From: an uncultured Steroidobacteraceae bacterium
GTDB lineage: Bacteria > Pseudomonadota > Gammaproteobacteria > Steroidobacterales > Steroidobacteraceae
Assembly (NCBI GenBank): GCA_964657955.1
Contig: CAZZWZ010000001.1
Span: 1 to 43,698, forward strand
DNA: 43,698 nucleotides
Direction: 5' to 3'
Shown: in pieces, positions 1 through 8,439 of the stretch
How the letters are laid out: every line of letters starts with the position of its first letter
Position numbering within the stretch: the first letter of the stretch is position 1
The notes under the pieces: model-generated
The model's input: only the letters and a program-made list of their open reading frames with translations
Database searches by the model: none
Told to the model about the DNA's origin: nothing
Program-made: the position numbers and the translations under genes

Positions 1-176
1 AGGTGGCCAAGCAGGCGAAGGCGGCCAAGCGGGCAAAAGTCGCCAGGCCGGCTAAGCGAGCCAAGCGGGCAACAGTGACCGCGCGGGCGAAGGTGACCAA
101 GCGTACGAAGGCGGCCACGAAACCCGTCCATTCCAAGCGATCGGCGGCCCGGCCGCGGCCGCACGGCAAAAAATAG
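1..176 (+). CDS. 3' end of a gene encoding a Lys/Ala/Arg-rich basic tail (histone H1-like / AlgP-like nucleoid-associated C-terminus); 5' end lies outside the window
   Basis: Frame 3 (codons from nt 3) reads VAKQAKAAKRAKVARPAKRAKRATVTARAKVTKRTKAATKPVHSKRSAARPRPHGKK and stops at TAG 174-176. It has AKxA-type basic repeats. It is absent from the ORF track because there is no start codon in the window. Confidence 0.5.
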   Translation, partial: VAKQAKAAKRAKVARPAKRAKRATVTARAKVTKRTKAATKPVHSKRSAARPRPHGKK

Positions 177-188
177 GAACACCGACAC

Positions 189-776
189 ATGACATTGCTG
201 ATCGCGGGACTGATCGTTTTTCTGGGCATCCACTCGCTGGCGATTTTCGCGCCCGGCGTGCGCAACGGTGCCGTCGCCCGGCTGGGCGAGGGGCCGTGGA
301 AAGGAATCTACGGATTGATCGCGCTGGCCGGACTCTGGATGCTGCTGGACGGCTTCGGCATCGCCCGGCAAACGTCCGCCATGCTCTACGTTCCCCCGCA
401 CTGGGCCCGTCACGTGACGTTTCTGTTCATGCTGCCGGTGTTCCCGCTGCTGATCGCCACCTACCTTCCCGGACGCATCGCGACGGCCGCCAAGCATCCC
501 ATGCTGCTCGCCGTGAAATGCTGGGCTTTCGGCCACCTGCTCGCCAACGGGTCGGTGGCCGACGTGCTGCTGTTCGGCGGGTTCCTGGCCTGGGCGGTGA
601 TGGACCGGATATCGCTGAAGCGCCGGGCCCCGACGTCGCCACCGCGCTCTGCGCCGCGGACGGCTCGGCCCGGTCGATTCAACGATCTGATCGCCGTCGT
701 GCTGGGGCTCGGGCTGTACGTGTTTTTCATCTTGTGGGCGCACCTGCACCTCTTCGGCGTGTCGCCGCTTGGATAG
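189..776 (+). CDS. NnrU family integral membrane protein
   Basis: 195 aa with several hydrophobic helices. The N-terminus MTLLIAGLIVFLGIHSL... and overall layout are typical of NnrU/DUF2306-like proteins. Confidence 0.7.
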   Translation: MTLLIAGLIVFLGIHSLAIFAPGVRNGAVARLGEGPWKGIYGLIALAGLWMLLDGFGIARQTSAMLYVPPHWARHVTFLFMLPVFPLLIATYLPGRIATAAKHPMLLAVKCWAFGHLLANGSVADVLLFGGFLAWAVMDRISLKRRAPTSPPRSAPRTARPGRFNDLIAVVLGLGLYVFFILWAHLHLFGVSPLG

Positions 777-1728
777 GGTGCCGACGTTCGCCGACGTCGA
801 GGCCGCGGCCCGGCGCATCGTGCACGCCCGCCGGACGCCGGTGATGACGTCCAGAACCGTCGACGAGGCCCTGGGAGCGACCGTGTTCTTCAAATGCGAG
901 AACTTTCAACGCTCCGGATCGTTCAAGTTTCGCGGGGCGCTCAACGCGTTGTCGAACCTCGACCCGGATGCACGGGCGCGGGGCGTGATCGCGTTCTCTT
1001 CCGGAAACCATGCGCAGGCGGTGGCGCTCGCGGCCCGCACCCTCGGCACTCACGCCACCGTCGTCATGCCTCTCGACGCGCCCTCTTCGAAGCTGCAGGC
1101 GACGGGTGCCTATGGCGGCCGGGTGGTTCTGTACGACCGTTATCGCGAAGACCGCGAGGAGATCGCGCGCCGGCTGGCGGCCGAGAGCGGTTCGGCCATC
1201 GTCCCGCCGTTCGATCATCCCGACGTGATTGCGGGCCAGGGCACGGCGGCCTCCGAGCTCATCGAGGAGGCCGGCCCCCTGGATTGCTTGTTCGTCTGTC
1301 TGGGCGGCGGCGGCATGCTCAGCGGTTGTGCATTGGCGGCCAGGGCATTGTCGCCCGGCTGCAAGGTGTACGGGGTGGAACCCGCGGCGGGAAACGACGG
1401 CCAGCAGTCGTTCCGGCTCGGCTCCATTGTTCGCATCGACGTCCCTGACACCATTGCCGATGGCGCGCAGACGCAGGCTCTGGGACGTCTGCCCTTCGAC
1501 ATCATCCGCCGCGAGGTCGCCGATATTCTGACGGCGAGCGACGCCGATCTGATCGATTGCATGCGGTTTCTATTCACCCGCATGAAGATCGTGGTGGAGC
1601 CCACGGGCTGTCTCGGCTTCGCGGCGGCCCGCGCGCTGGGCAGGCAGCTGGCCCACCAGCGGGTCGGCATCATACTCAGCGGCGGCAACGTCGACGACGA
1701 GCGCATGACCCGTCTGCTCGCTGCATGA
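769..1728 (+). CDS. PLP-dependent serine/threonine dehydratase family enzyme (serine racemase / threo-3-hydroxyaspartate ammonia-lyase-like)
   Basis: PLP-lysine motif SFKFRGA, the Gly-rich loop GGGGMLSG and SSGNHAQAVA are present. The track start is TTG at 769; an alternative GTG lies at 778. Confidence 0.85.
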   Translation: MDRVPTFADVEAAARRIVHARRTPVMTSRTVDEALGATVFFKCENFQRSGSFKFRGALNALSNLDPDARARGVIAFSSGNHAQAVALAARTLGTHATVVMPLDAPSSKLQATGAYGGRVVLYDRYREDREEIARRLAAESGSAIVPPFDHPDVIAGQGTAASELIEEAGPLDCLFVCLGGGGMLSGCALAARALSPGCKVYGVEPAAGNDGQQSFRLGSIVRIDVPDTIADGAQTQALGRLPFDIIRREVADILTASDADLIDCMRFLFTRMKIVVEPTGCLGFAAARALGRQLAHQRVGIILSGGNVDDERMTRLLAA

Positions 1729-2138
1729 AAATTCCAGACAGAACGTCACGGAGCAGGCGCTTGATCAGTTCGGGATCGAGCTTCGAGGCGCAGATCGGTT
1801 ATTCGCGCGCCGTGGTCGACGGCGACTGGGTGTTCGTGTCCGGCACCACGGGATTCGACTACGCCACCATGACCATCGCGAACGGCATTCTGGATCAAGC
1901 CGAGCAGTGCTTGAAGAACATCGAGGCGGCGTTGCGGGAAGCCGGTGCCGGCATGGCGGACGTGGTCCGGGTCACCTACATCGTGCCGAATGCCGTGGAT
2001 TTCGAGCAGTGCTGGCCGGTGTTGCGCAAATACTTCGGCGAGGTGCGGCCGGCGGCGACCATGATCTCGGCCGGCTTGGCCCAACCACGGATGAAAATCG
2101 AGATCGAGGTCACCGCGCGCATCCGTGGGGATGCCTAG
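1725..2138 (+). CDS. ridA: RidA/YjgF/UK114 family enamine-imine deaminase
   Basis: MKIPDRT...FVSGTTG...AEQCLKNIEAALREAGAGMADVVRVTYIV...IEIEVTA is the typical RidA signature. ATG 1725 overlaps the TGA of the upstream dehydratase (ATGA). The track ORF from 1557 is a 5' over-extension. Confidence 0.85.
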   Translation: MKIPDRTSRSRRLISSGSSFEAQIGYSRAVVDGDWVFVSGTTGFDYATMTIANGILDQAEQCLKNIEAALREAGAGMADVVRVTYIVPNAVDFEQCWPVLRKYFGEVRPAATMISAGLAQPRMKIEIEVTARIRGDA

Positions 2139-2177
2139 TGCCGGCGCCCTCATGCGCCGGCCGGCCTGCGTGATCGC

Positions 2178-3656
2178 ATGTCGGGCCGCCTCGCGAAAAT
2201 CGCCGCCGGAGTGGTCGGGCTCGGATTGATCGCGGGGTTCGGCCTCTGGATGCGACCTCCGGAGCTGGTCCGCGTCGGGGCCAGCTACGCCGCCAAGACC
2301 GTCTGTTCGAACGTGTTTCTCGCGGATCGGGATCCCGCGGAGGTGCTGCGCACCGACGTTCAGGCGCCGGGTCATCCCCTGCTCCGGCTCATCGCGGTCC
2401 ACGTCGATCGGGAGCGCGGCGTGGTGAGGGCGGGGCTGTTCGGCTTCATCGGCAACGGGACGGCGGTATTCCGTTCCGATACGGGTTGCGCCGTGTGGCC
2501 CGGCGGGCTCGACGAAGGACCGCGGGTGCCGGCGGAGCACCGGGCGCCGGGGCTTCGTGCGTCCGGGCTGGAAGCACCCGGGTTCGGAGCGACCGACGCC
2601 GGGCGTTCCCGCGATCCGTGGCCGGATGGCGACGCGGTGCGCACCGAGGCCTCGATGGAGCGCGTACTCGACGACGATGCGCTGGCCGGACCGGGTATGC
2701 GTGCCATCGTGGTGGTGCAGGACGGACGCATCGTGGCCGAACGGTACGGGGGTGGATTTTCGCCGCAAACTCCGCAGCTGGGCTGGTCGATGGCCAAGAC
2801 GGTGGTCGCCGGAATGATCGGCATCCTGGTGCAGGATGGGCGTCTTTCGCTGGATCAATCCGCCGGCTGGACCGCACCAGATCCCCGCAGCGGCATCCGG
2901 GTTTCCGACCTCTTGTCCATGTCGAGCGGTCTGCGTTTCGACGAGGGCTACGCCGCGGTCTCGGACGTGACCCGCATGCTGTATCTCGAGCCGGACATGG
3001 CGCGGTTCGCCCGCGCGCAGCCGCTGGTGCATCCGATCGGGTCGGTGTGGAATTACTCCAGCGGCTCGGCGGTCATTCTGGCGCGGATGATTCAAGACGC
3101 GATGCCGGGCGCCGGTGCCGCGCCGGTCCGCCTGCGTCTGTTCGAGCCCCTGGGCATGTCCAGCGCCGTCTTCGAGACCGACGCGCACGGCACCCTGGTC
3201 GGATCTTCGTATCTGTACGCCACGCCGCGCGACTGGGCCCGCTACGGCCAGCTGCTCGCGCAGGACGGCGTGTGGCGGGGCCGGGCCTTGTTGCCGTCGG
3301 GTTTCGTCGCGATGATGGCCTCGCCCCTGGCTGCGTCGAAGGGCGAATACGGTCTGGGGCTGGTCTGGCGGCGGGTGTCACCGCAAATCCCCGGCACGGC
3401 GCAGGACGCGGCGGCTGCACCGCACCCCGATTCCGCCGCCATTCCCGCCGACACGTTCTGGATGGCCGGTCATGACGGGCAATACGTCGCCGTCATCCGT
3501 TCCCGCGGCCTGGTCGTGGTCCGCATGGGACTGACGCCGTCCGGCGAGCACTATCGCCCGGAGCCGCTCGTGCGGGCGTTGCTGGCGGCGACGAATACCG
3601 GGTCGCGGGCAGCCCTCATGCCTGCTTCAGCCGTCCGCGGCGAAAGTCGGCGATGA
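2178..3656 (+). CDS. Membrane-anchored serine hydrolase, beta-lactamase/transpeptidase-like (class C related)
   Basis: There is an N-terminal hydrophobic anchor and an S-x-x-K motif (WSMAKTV). YSSGS and HDGQYV segments are typical of the family. Confidence 0.8.
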   Translation: MSGRLAKIAAGVVGLGLIAGFGLWMRPPELVRVGASYAAKTVCSNVFLADRDPAEVLRTDVQAPGHPLLRLIAVHVDRERGVVRAGLFGFIGNGTAVFRSDTGCAVWPGGLDEGPRVPAEHRAPGLRASGLEAPGFGATDAGRSRDPWPDGDAVRTEASMERVLDDDALAGPGMRAIVVVQDGRIVAERYGGGFSPQTPQLGWSMAKTVVAGMIGILVQDGRLSLDQSAGWTAPDPRSGIRVSDLLSMSSGLRFDEGYAAVSDVTRMLYLEPDMARFARAQPLVHPIGSVWNYSSGSAVILARMIQDAMPGAGAAPVRLRLFEPLGMSSAVFETDAHGTLVGSSYLYATPRDWARYGQLLAQDGVWRGRALLPSGFVAMMASPLAASKGEYGLGLVWRRVSPQIPGTAQDAAAAPHPDSAAIPADTFWMAGHDGQYVAVIRSRGLVVVRMGLTPSGEHYRPEPLVRALLAATNTGSRAALMPASAVRGESRR

Positions 3657-5241
3657 TCTCACGCGCCGCATTGTGGCCCGGCGCGCCGGTGACGCCGCCG
3701 CCAGGGTGCGTGCCGGAGCCGCACATGTACAGTCCCTTCAGCGGGCCCCGGTAGTCGCCGTGACCCAGCATGGGCCGGGCGGAGAAGAGCTGGTCGAGGC
3801 TCAACGCCCCGTGAAAGATGTCGCCGCCGACCAGTCCGAAAGTCCGCTCCAGATCGAGCGGACTCATGATCTGGCGTCCGAGCACCGAGGCTTTGAAATT
3901 CGGTGCGTGACTGTCGACCAGGTCGATCATGACATCCGCGACCTGCTCGCGATGCTGGTCCCACGACGCACCGTCGGGCAGCACGGGCGCCACGTGCTGA
4001 CAGAACAGGCTGGCCACGTGCTGCCCCGCGGGAGCCAGACTGTCGTCCAAGGTCGATGGAATGAGCATCTCCACGATGGGCCGCTTCGACCACCCGCCGG
4101 CCTTGGCGTCCAGATACGCCTGATCCATGTACGCGAGACTGGGCGCCATGATGATGCCCGACGTGTGATGAGCCGCCGGAGCGGTGCCGGGTAGCACCTT
4201 GAAGTCCGGCAGCTCGGACAACGCCACGTTCATGCGGAACGTGCCCGAGCCGCAACGCCATTGGTCCATGCGTTCCCGAAAATCGCGGTCCAGCGCCGAC
4301 GCATCGATGAGCTTGCCGTACAGCAGCTTCGGATTCAGATTCGATGCGACGCTGCGGGCGCGGATGGCCTCGCCGGAGTCGAGCACGACGCCGACGGCGC
4401 GTCCGGATTCCACCAGCACCTCGCGCACCGGGCTCGACACCCGGATCTCGACGCCGCGTTCGGCGGCGGCTTTGGACATGGCCTGCGAAATGGCGCCCAT
4501 GCCGCCGATGGCGTGACCCCAGACACCCTTCTTGCCGTTCACCTCGCCGAACACGTGATGCAGCAGCACATAGGCCGAACCGGCGGCGTAGGGGCTGGCG
4601 TAGTTGCCCACGATGCCGTCGAAGCCGTAAGCCGCCTTGATGGGGGCGCTCTCGAACCACGCGTCCAGGTAGTCGCCTGCCGATTTGACGAACAGGCCCA
4701 AGAGTTCGCGGCGCATGGACATGTCCAACCTGGCGATTCGCCTGCCGAGTTTCGCACTGCGCAGCAACTCGGGCAGCGCTTCGAGCCAGCTTCCCGCCGA
4801 CACGTTGGGTGGCGTCTCCAGCACCAGATCGCGCAGCACGTCGGCGATCACATCGAGGCGGTCGGCATAATCGCCGAGGCGGGCGGCATCGGCCGTCGAA
4901 AATTTGCCCACCTCCCGTTCGGTGTTGCCGCCGCCGACCTTGAGGTAGCGGCCGTCGTCCAGGGGCAGGAAATTGGACAGCCGGCGTTCCACCACGCGCA
5001 GACCGTGGCGCGGCAGGTCGAGATCGCGGATCACCTTCGGATTGAGGAGAGAGACGGTGTATGCCGCCACGGAATTGCGGAAGCCCGGATGAAATTCCTC
5101 GGTGACGGCCGCTCCGCCCACCACCCCACGCCGCTCGAGCACGGTGACTTTCAGCCCGGCAGCGGCCAGGTACGCCGCGCAGACCAGCCCGTTGTGTCCG
5201 CCACCGATGACGATGACGTCCCGCACCGCGTGTTCAGCCAC
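3616..5241 (-). CDS. FAD-dependent oxidoreductase, phytoene desaturase (CrtI)/amine-oxidase-like family
   Basis: N-terminal dinucleotide fold DVIVIGGGHNGLVCAAYLAAAGLKVTVLERRGVVGGAA, and C-terminal GSGTHPGGGVTGAPG. The start overlaps the upstream Rieske gene by 8 nt. Confidence 0.8.
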   Translation of the reverse strand: MAEHAVRDVIVIGGGHNGLVCAAYLAAAGLKVTVLERRGVVGGAAVTEEFHPGFRNSVAAYTVSLLNPKVIRDLDLPRHGLRVVERRLSNFLPLDDGRYLKVGGGNTEREVGKFSTADAARLGDYADRLDVIADVLRDLVLETPPNVSAGSWLEALPELLRSAKLGRRIARLDMSMRRELLGLFVKSAGDYLDAWFESAPIKAAYGFDGIVGNYASPYAAGSAYVLLHHVFGEVNGKKGVWGHAIGGMGAISQAMSKAAAERGVEIRVSSPVREVLVESGRAVGVVLDSGEAIRARSVASNLNPKLLYGKLIDASALDRDFRERMDQWRCGSGTFRMNVALSELPDFKVLPGTAPAAHHTSGIIMAPSLAYMDQAYLDAKAGGWSKRPIVEMLIPSTLDDSLAPAGQHVASLFCQHVAPVLPDGASWDQHREQVADVMIDLVDSHAPNFKASVLGRQIMSPLDLERTFGLVGGDIFHGALSLDQLFSARPMLGHGDYRGPLKGLYMCGSGTHPGGGVTGAPGHNAAREIIADFRRGRLKQA

Positions 5242-6454
5242 GGGAATCGGCCGAATCGAGCCGTTGAGTCATGGCCTGGTGGGCCCAACCCGGCGCAGGC
5301 GCCTGGTCGAGCCGGCACTGCGGGATCAACGCGCGCATGCGCCGTGCGAAGCTGCGCAGGGACACTTCATGGCGCCCGAGCGGACCGGGGCTGAAGCTGC
5401 GCGACCCCATGCCGGTCTGCACACGCTCGATCAACTCCTTGTCCTCGCGGCTCACCTGCCGGTTGATGCGCCAGTTCAAATAGCGGGCTGCGCGCATTTC
5501 CCGACGCCCGTCCGGATGCGCGTAAGCGATCTCGCGGATCAGCGTCTCGGTGGGCGAGACCGGCAGCATCTGCATGAAGTCGATCTGATCCGGATAGATG
5601 TCGAGGGCTATGTTGGGCCACAGCTTGAAGTACAACCAGAGCCGCTGCCGCTCGGCCGACAGGTGTGGTACGGGCGGCAGGATCGACTGGTAGGCCCGTT
5701 CCGAGCGTTGCGAGGAAGGGACGTCCCGCAGGGTGCCGAACATCTTGTCCGCCCAGGGTTGCGCCTCGATCCCGTAACTCTGTCCGAACAGGCGTGTGAG
5801 GCCCGGATGCGCGACGTTGATGTGCATGCCGTCGGAGTAGTTGTCGGTGACGTTCTTCCAATTGACGTGACGGGTGCGCAGCGTGACCCGCCCGATGGGC
5901 TGCAACTCCTCCAGGCGATAGGCGGCGAGCTCGCCCGCGTACGGCGCCAGCATGGCTGCGACGCCGGGCAGTCCGGGCTCGAGCCGCGCGAAGATGAACC
6001 CTCCGTACACCTCCGACTCCACCGGTTTCAGGCCGTACCGTTCGGGCGACAGGTCGTTGAACTCCCTGCGCAGGGGCACGGTCGTCAGCCGGCCGTCGAG
6101 GTCGTAGGTCCACGCGTGGTAGGGGCAGACGATGCGGCCGGCGCAATGACCGGCGGGGCCGTCCAGAAGCCGCGCGGCCCGATGCCGGCAGACGTTGTAG
6201 AACACGTTGACGCCGCCGTTATGGCCGCGCACCGCGACCAGCGGTTCGCCCAGGAAGTTCAGCGTGTGATAGTCGCCGGGGCGGGGAATGTCGTTCAGGT
6301 GACAGACGATCTGCCACGCGGTGGCGAAAATCTTCTGTTTCTCCGCCGCGAGGAATTCGGGGTCGCGATAGATCCAGCCCGGCAGGCTGAAGTCGTCCTC
6401 ACTCGAGACGAGCGCGGTCGGAGCGTCGGGGTCCGGTGCGCGTTCCGCGTTCAT
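5234..6454 (-). CDS. Rieske [2Fe-2S] non-heme iron oxygenase, alpha subunit (GbcA/CntA/Stc2-like class)
   Basis: Rieske motif CRHRAARLLDGPAGHCAGRIVCPYHAW and iron motif NYSDGMHINVAHPGL (H-x4-H). I chose ATG 6454 (MNAERAP...), which is preceded by GGAGGG. The track start at 6583 overlaps the TetR gene and looks non-coding. Confidence 0.85.
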   Translation of the reverse strand: MNAERAPDPDAPTALVSSEDDFSLPGWIYRDPEFLAAEKQKIFATAWQIVCHLNDIPRPGDYHTLNFLGEPLVAVRGHNGGVNVFYNVCRHRAARLLDGPAGHCAGRIVCPYHAWTYDLDGRLTTVPLRREFNDLSPERYGLKPVESEVYGGFIFARLEPGLPGVAAMLAPYAGELAAYRLEELQPIGRVTLRTRHVNWKNVTDNYSDGMHINVAHPGLTRLFGQSYGIEAQPWADKMFGTLRDVPSSQRSERAYQSILPPVPHLSAERQRLWLYFKLWPNIALDIYPDQIDFMQMLPVSPTETLIREIAYAHPDGRREMRAARYLNWRINRQVSREDKELIERVQTGMGSRSFSPGPLGRHEVSLRSFARRMRALIPQCRLDQAPAPGWAHQAMTQRLDSADSRG

Positions 6455-6476
6455 CACGAGCAAACCCTCCGATTCC

Positions 6477-6504
6477 AATTGAACGATAGTATAACAACGA
6501 TGCG
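6477..6504 (-). promoter_or_regulatory. Candidate operator/promoter element, copy B of a motif shared with 10535-10565
   Basis: The plus-strand sequence AATTGAACGATAGTATAACAACGATGCG lies 23-50 nt upstream of the Rieske gene ATG. It matches AATTGATCGATCGTATA...CAACGAT at 10535-10565 (15/17 plus 7/7). On the coding strand it contains TATACT, a -10-like hexamer. Confidence 0.5.
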
Positions 6505-6515
6505 CGGCGGGCGCA

Positions 6516-7181
6516 TCAACGGCGCGCGGCGCGGCTTCTCTTGCGCAGCAGGCGCGGAAAGTCGCCGGCGCACAGTGCGCCAACCCAGTCCTCGCACAGG
6601 GCGATGGCTTCGCGCGGCTTGAAATTGTCCGGACTCAGGCTCAGCTCCACCCACAGCCCGTCGAGCAGCGCCGAGAGCGCGATGGCGGCCTGGCGCAGCT
6701 TGAAGGGCGGCGCCGCGCGAGAGGTCGACAACTGGCCGAGCAACGACTCGAGCACCAGGCGATACTTGCCGTAAGTACGGTCGTGGACCGCACGAATCTC
6801 GGGGGAATGCGCCACCATGCTCCAGAACACCAACCAGACGTTGAACAAGGCGGGGTCGAGCAGTTCGGGCGCGAACGAGGCCCGGAAAAATCCGCTCAGC
6901 CGGTCGCGAGGCGACGCGGCCCGGTTCTCCGCCTGGCGCCGGATGGAATCCTGCAGCGACAGGGCCAGCGTCTCGTAAGCCTCGGCGATCAAACCTGACT
7001 TGCTCGGGAAGTGGTGATTGATGAGCCCGATCGAGACCCCGGCCGCCGCGCTGATGCGGCGCACCGACACGCCCTCGTGACCGTACTGTTTGAGGCAGCG
7101 CAGGGTGGCGTCGACCAGGGCTTCGCGGCGTACCGCCGGGGTCTCGCGGTGAAATTTCGGAGCGGTTCGTCTGGCAGGCAT
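6516..7181 (-). CDS. TetR/AcrR family transcriptional regulator (BetI-like)
   Basis: HTH region REALVDATLRCLKQYGHEGVSVRRISAAAGVSIGLINHHFPSK. ATG 7181 (MPARRT...) is preferred over the GTG at 7211. Confidence 0.85.
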   Translation of the reverse strand: MPARRTAPKFHRETPAVRREALVDATLRCLKQYGHEGVSVRRISAAAGVSIGLINHHFPSKSGLIAEAYETLALSLQDSIRRQAENRAASPRDRLSGFFRASFAPELLDPALFNVWLVFWSMVAHSPEIRAVHDRTYGKYRLVLESLLGQLSTSRAAPPFKLRQAAIALSALLDGLWVELSLSPDNFKPREAIALCEDWVGALCAGDFPRLLRKRSRAARR

Positions 7182-7278
7182 GCCATACCCTGAGCTGATT
7201 TTAATTATCACGAAGCATAGCTGACGGACGGAAGACGCGAAGGCCTAAGTCCGCCGGGCGACCGTCGAGCGGCACGGC

Positions 7279-8439
7279 TCAGGGCGGTTCTTGCGGGACG
7301 AACGCGGCGATGCGTTCGTTCACGTACCGCCTGATGTCCAGATTCCAGTCCTCCATGGGCGCGTAATGGCCGTGTGCGTGCACCCGGGCGCGAATGCCGT
7401 CCTGCACCGCCTCGCACACGGTCCAGTCCTGGCGATTGACCAGATCCCAGAATTCCACGGCGTCCGACGGGTCGAAACCGGACTCCCCCAGCGCGTGCGC
7501 TTCGAAGAGGAAATGGCAGGTGATGTCCGTCCGATCCGCGGACCGGGGCTGCAGCACGAAGGCGGCCACGTGATCGCAGGCGGCACTCAAAAATAAATTA
7601 GGGTAGGCGAGTTCTCCCTTGTGACGGACCCTTTCGTCGTCGTCCAGGTCCGGAAAGGGACGCCGCCGGGTCGTGCCGCTGTGCGTGAACGTGTAGGCGC
7701 CGTCGCGATGCGGAACCCCGCGGCTCCAATCCAGATTCGCGCCGCCGGCGTCGCGGAAGGCGGGGACCACGGCGCACAACTCGGGGTGCACGCCGCCGCA
7801 GTGGTAGCACTCGTTGTAATTCTCACAGACGATTTTCCAGTTCGCCGCGACCTCGTACCGGATCGTGGCGCCGATCTGCAGCCGGTCGAGCGGATAGCGT
7901 TGCAGGCGCCCGGGGATGCCGGCCAGCTGATCCGCCAGGGGTGCGGCCACGGAGGGGGTGAGGTGCAGGAAAACGAAACCACCCCAGACGTCCACCGCCA
8001 CGGGGTAGAGCGAAAAATCCCGCTTGTCGAAACCCGTCCCGGCGCCCAGGTGCGGCGCCGCGACCAGATCCCCGTCGAGATCGTATGACCACTGGTGGTA
8101 GGGACACACGATCAGCCGGCCGGCGGTCACGCCGCCGGACAGGGAGACGCGGCCGGGCGCGACGCCTTCGCCGGGCGCGCGGCACAGCCGCGAACCGCGG
8201 TGCCGGCAGACGTTGTAAAACGCGCGCAACGCGCCGTTGCGATTGCGCACCAGCAGGATGCTCTCGCCCAGGACGTCGAGCACCCGGTGATCGCCCGGCC
8301 GCGGCACCTCGTCGTCGCGGCCCACGCAATGCCATTCCCTGCAAAAAATTCGCTCCTTCTCGATTTGAAAGACGTCCGCCCTGCGATACCACGAGCTGGG
8401 CAACGTGTGCTCGAGGGCGGGGGCCGTCGTTCGGTTCAT
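7279..8439 (-). CDS. Rieske [2Fe-2S] non-heme iron oxygenase, alpha subunit
   Basis: CRHRGS...CPYHQW Rieske ligands and iron motif NYNECYHCGGVHPEL. The start overlaps the stop of the upstream flavoprotein gene by 4 nt. Confidence 0.85.
   Translation of the reverse strand: MNRTTAPALEHTLPSSWYRRADVFQIEKERIFCREWHCVGRDDEVPRPGDHRVLDVLGESILLVRNRNGALRAFYNVCRHRGSRLCRAPGEGVAPGRVSLSGGVTAGRLIVCPYHQWSYDLDGDLVAAPHLGAGTGFDKRDFSLYPVAVDVWGGFVFLHLTPSVAAPLADQLAGIPGRLQRYPLDRLQIGATIRYEVAANWKIVCENYNECYHCGGVHPELCAVVPAFRDAGGANLDWSRGVPHRDGAYTFTHSGTTRRRPFPDLDDDERVRHKGELAYPNLFLSAACDHVAAFVLQPRSADRTDITCHFLFEAHALGESGFDPSDAVEFWDLVNRQDWTVCEAVQDGIRARVHAHGHYAPMEDWNLDIRRYVNERIAAFVPQEPP

Noticed and set aside
7182-7278. A third copy of the AATTGA-CGAT-GTATA motif upstream of the TetR gene (AATTATCACGAAGCATAG).
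   Set aside because: Only about half of the positions match, and gaps are needed. That is too weak to claim autoregulation from sequence alone.
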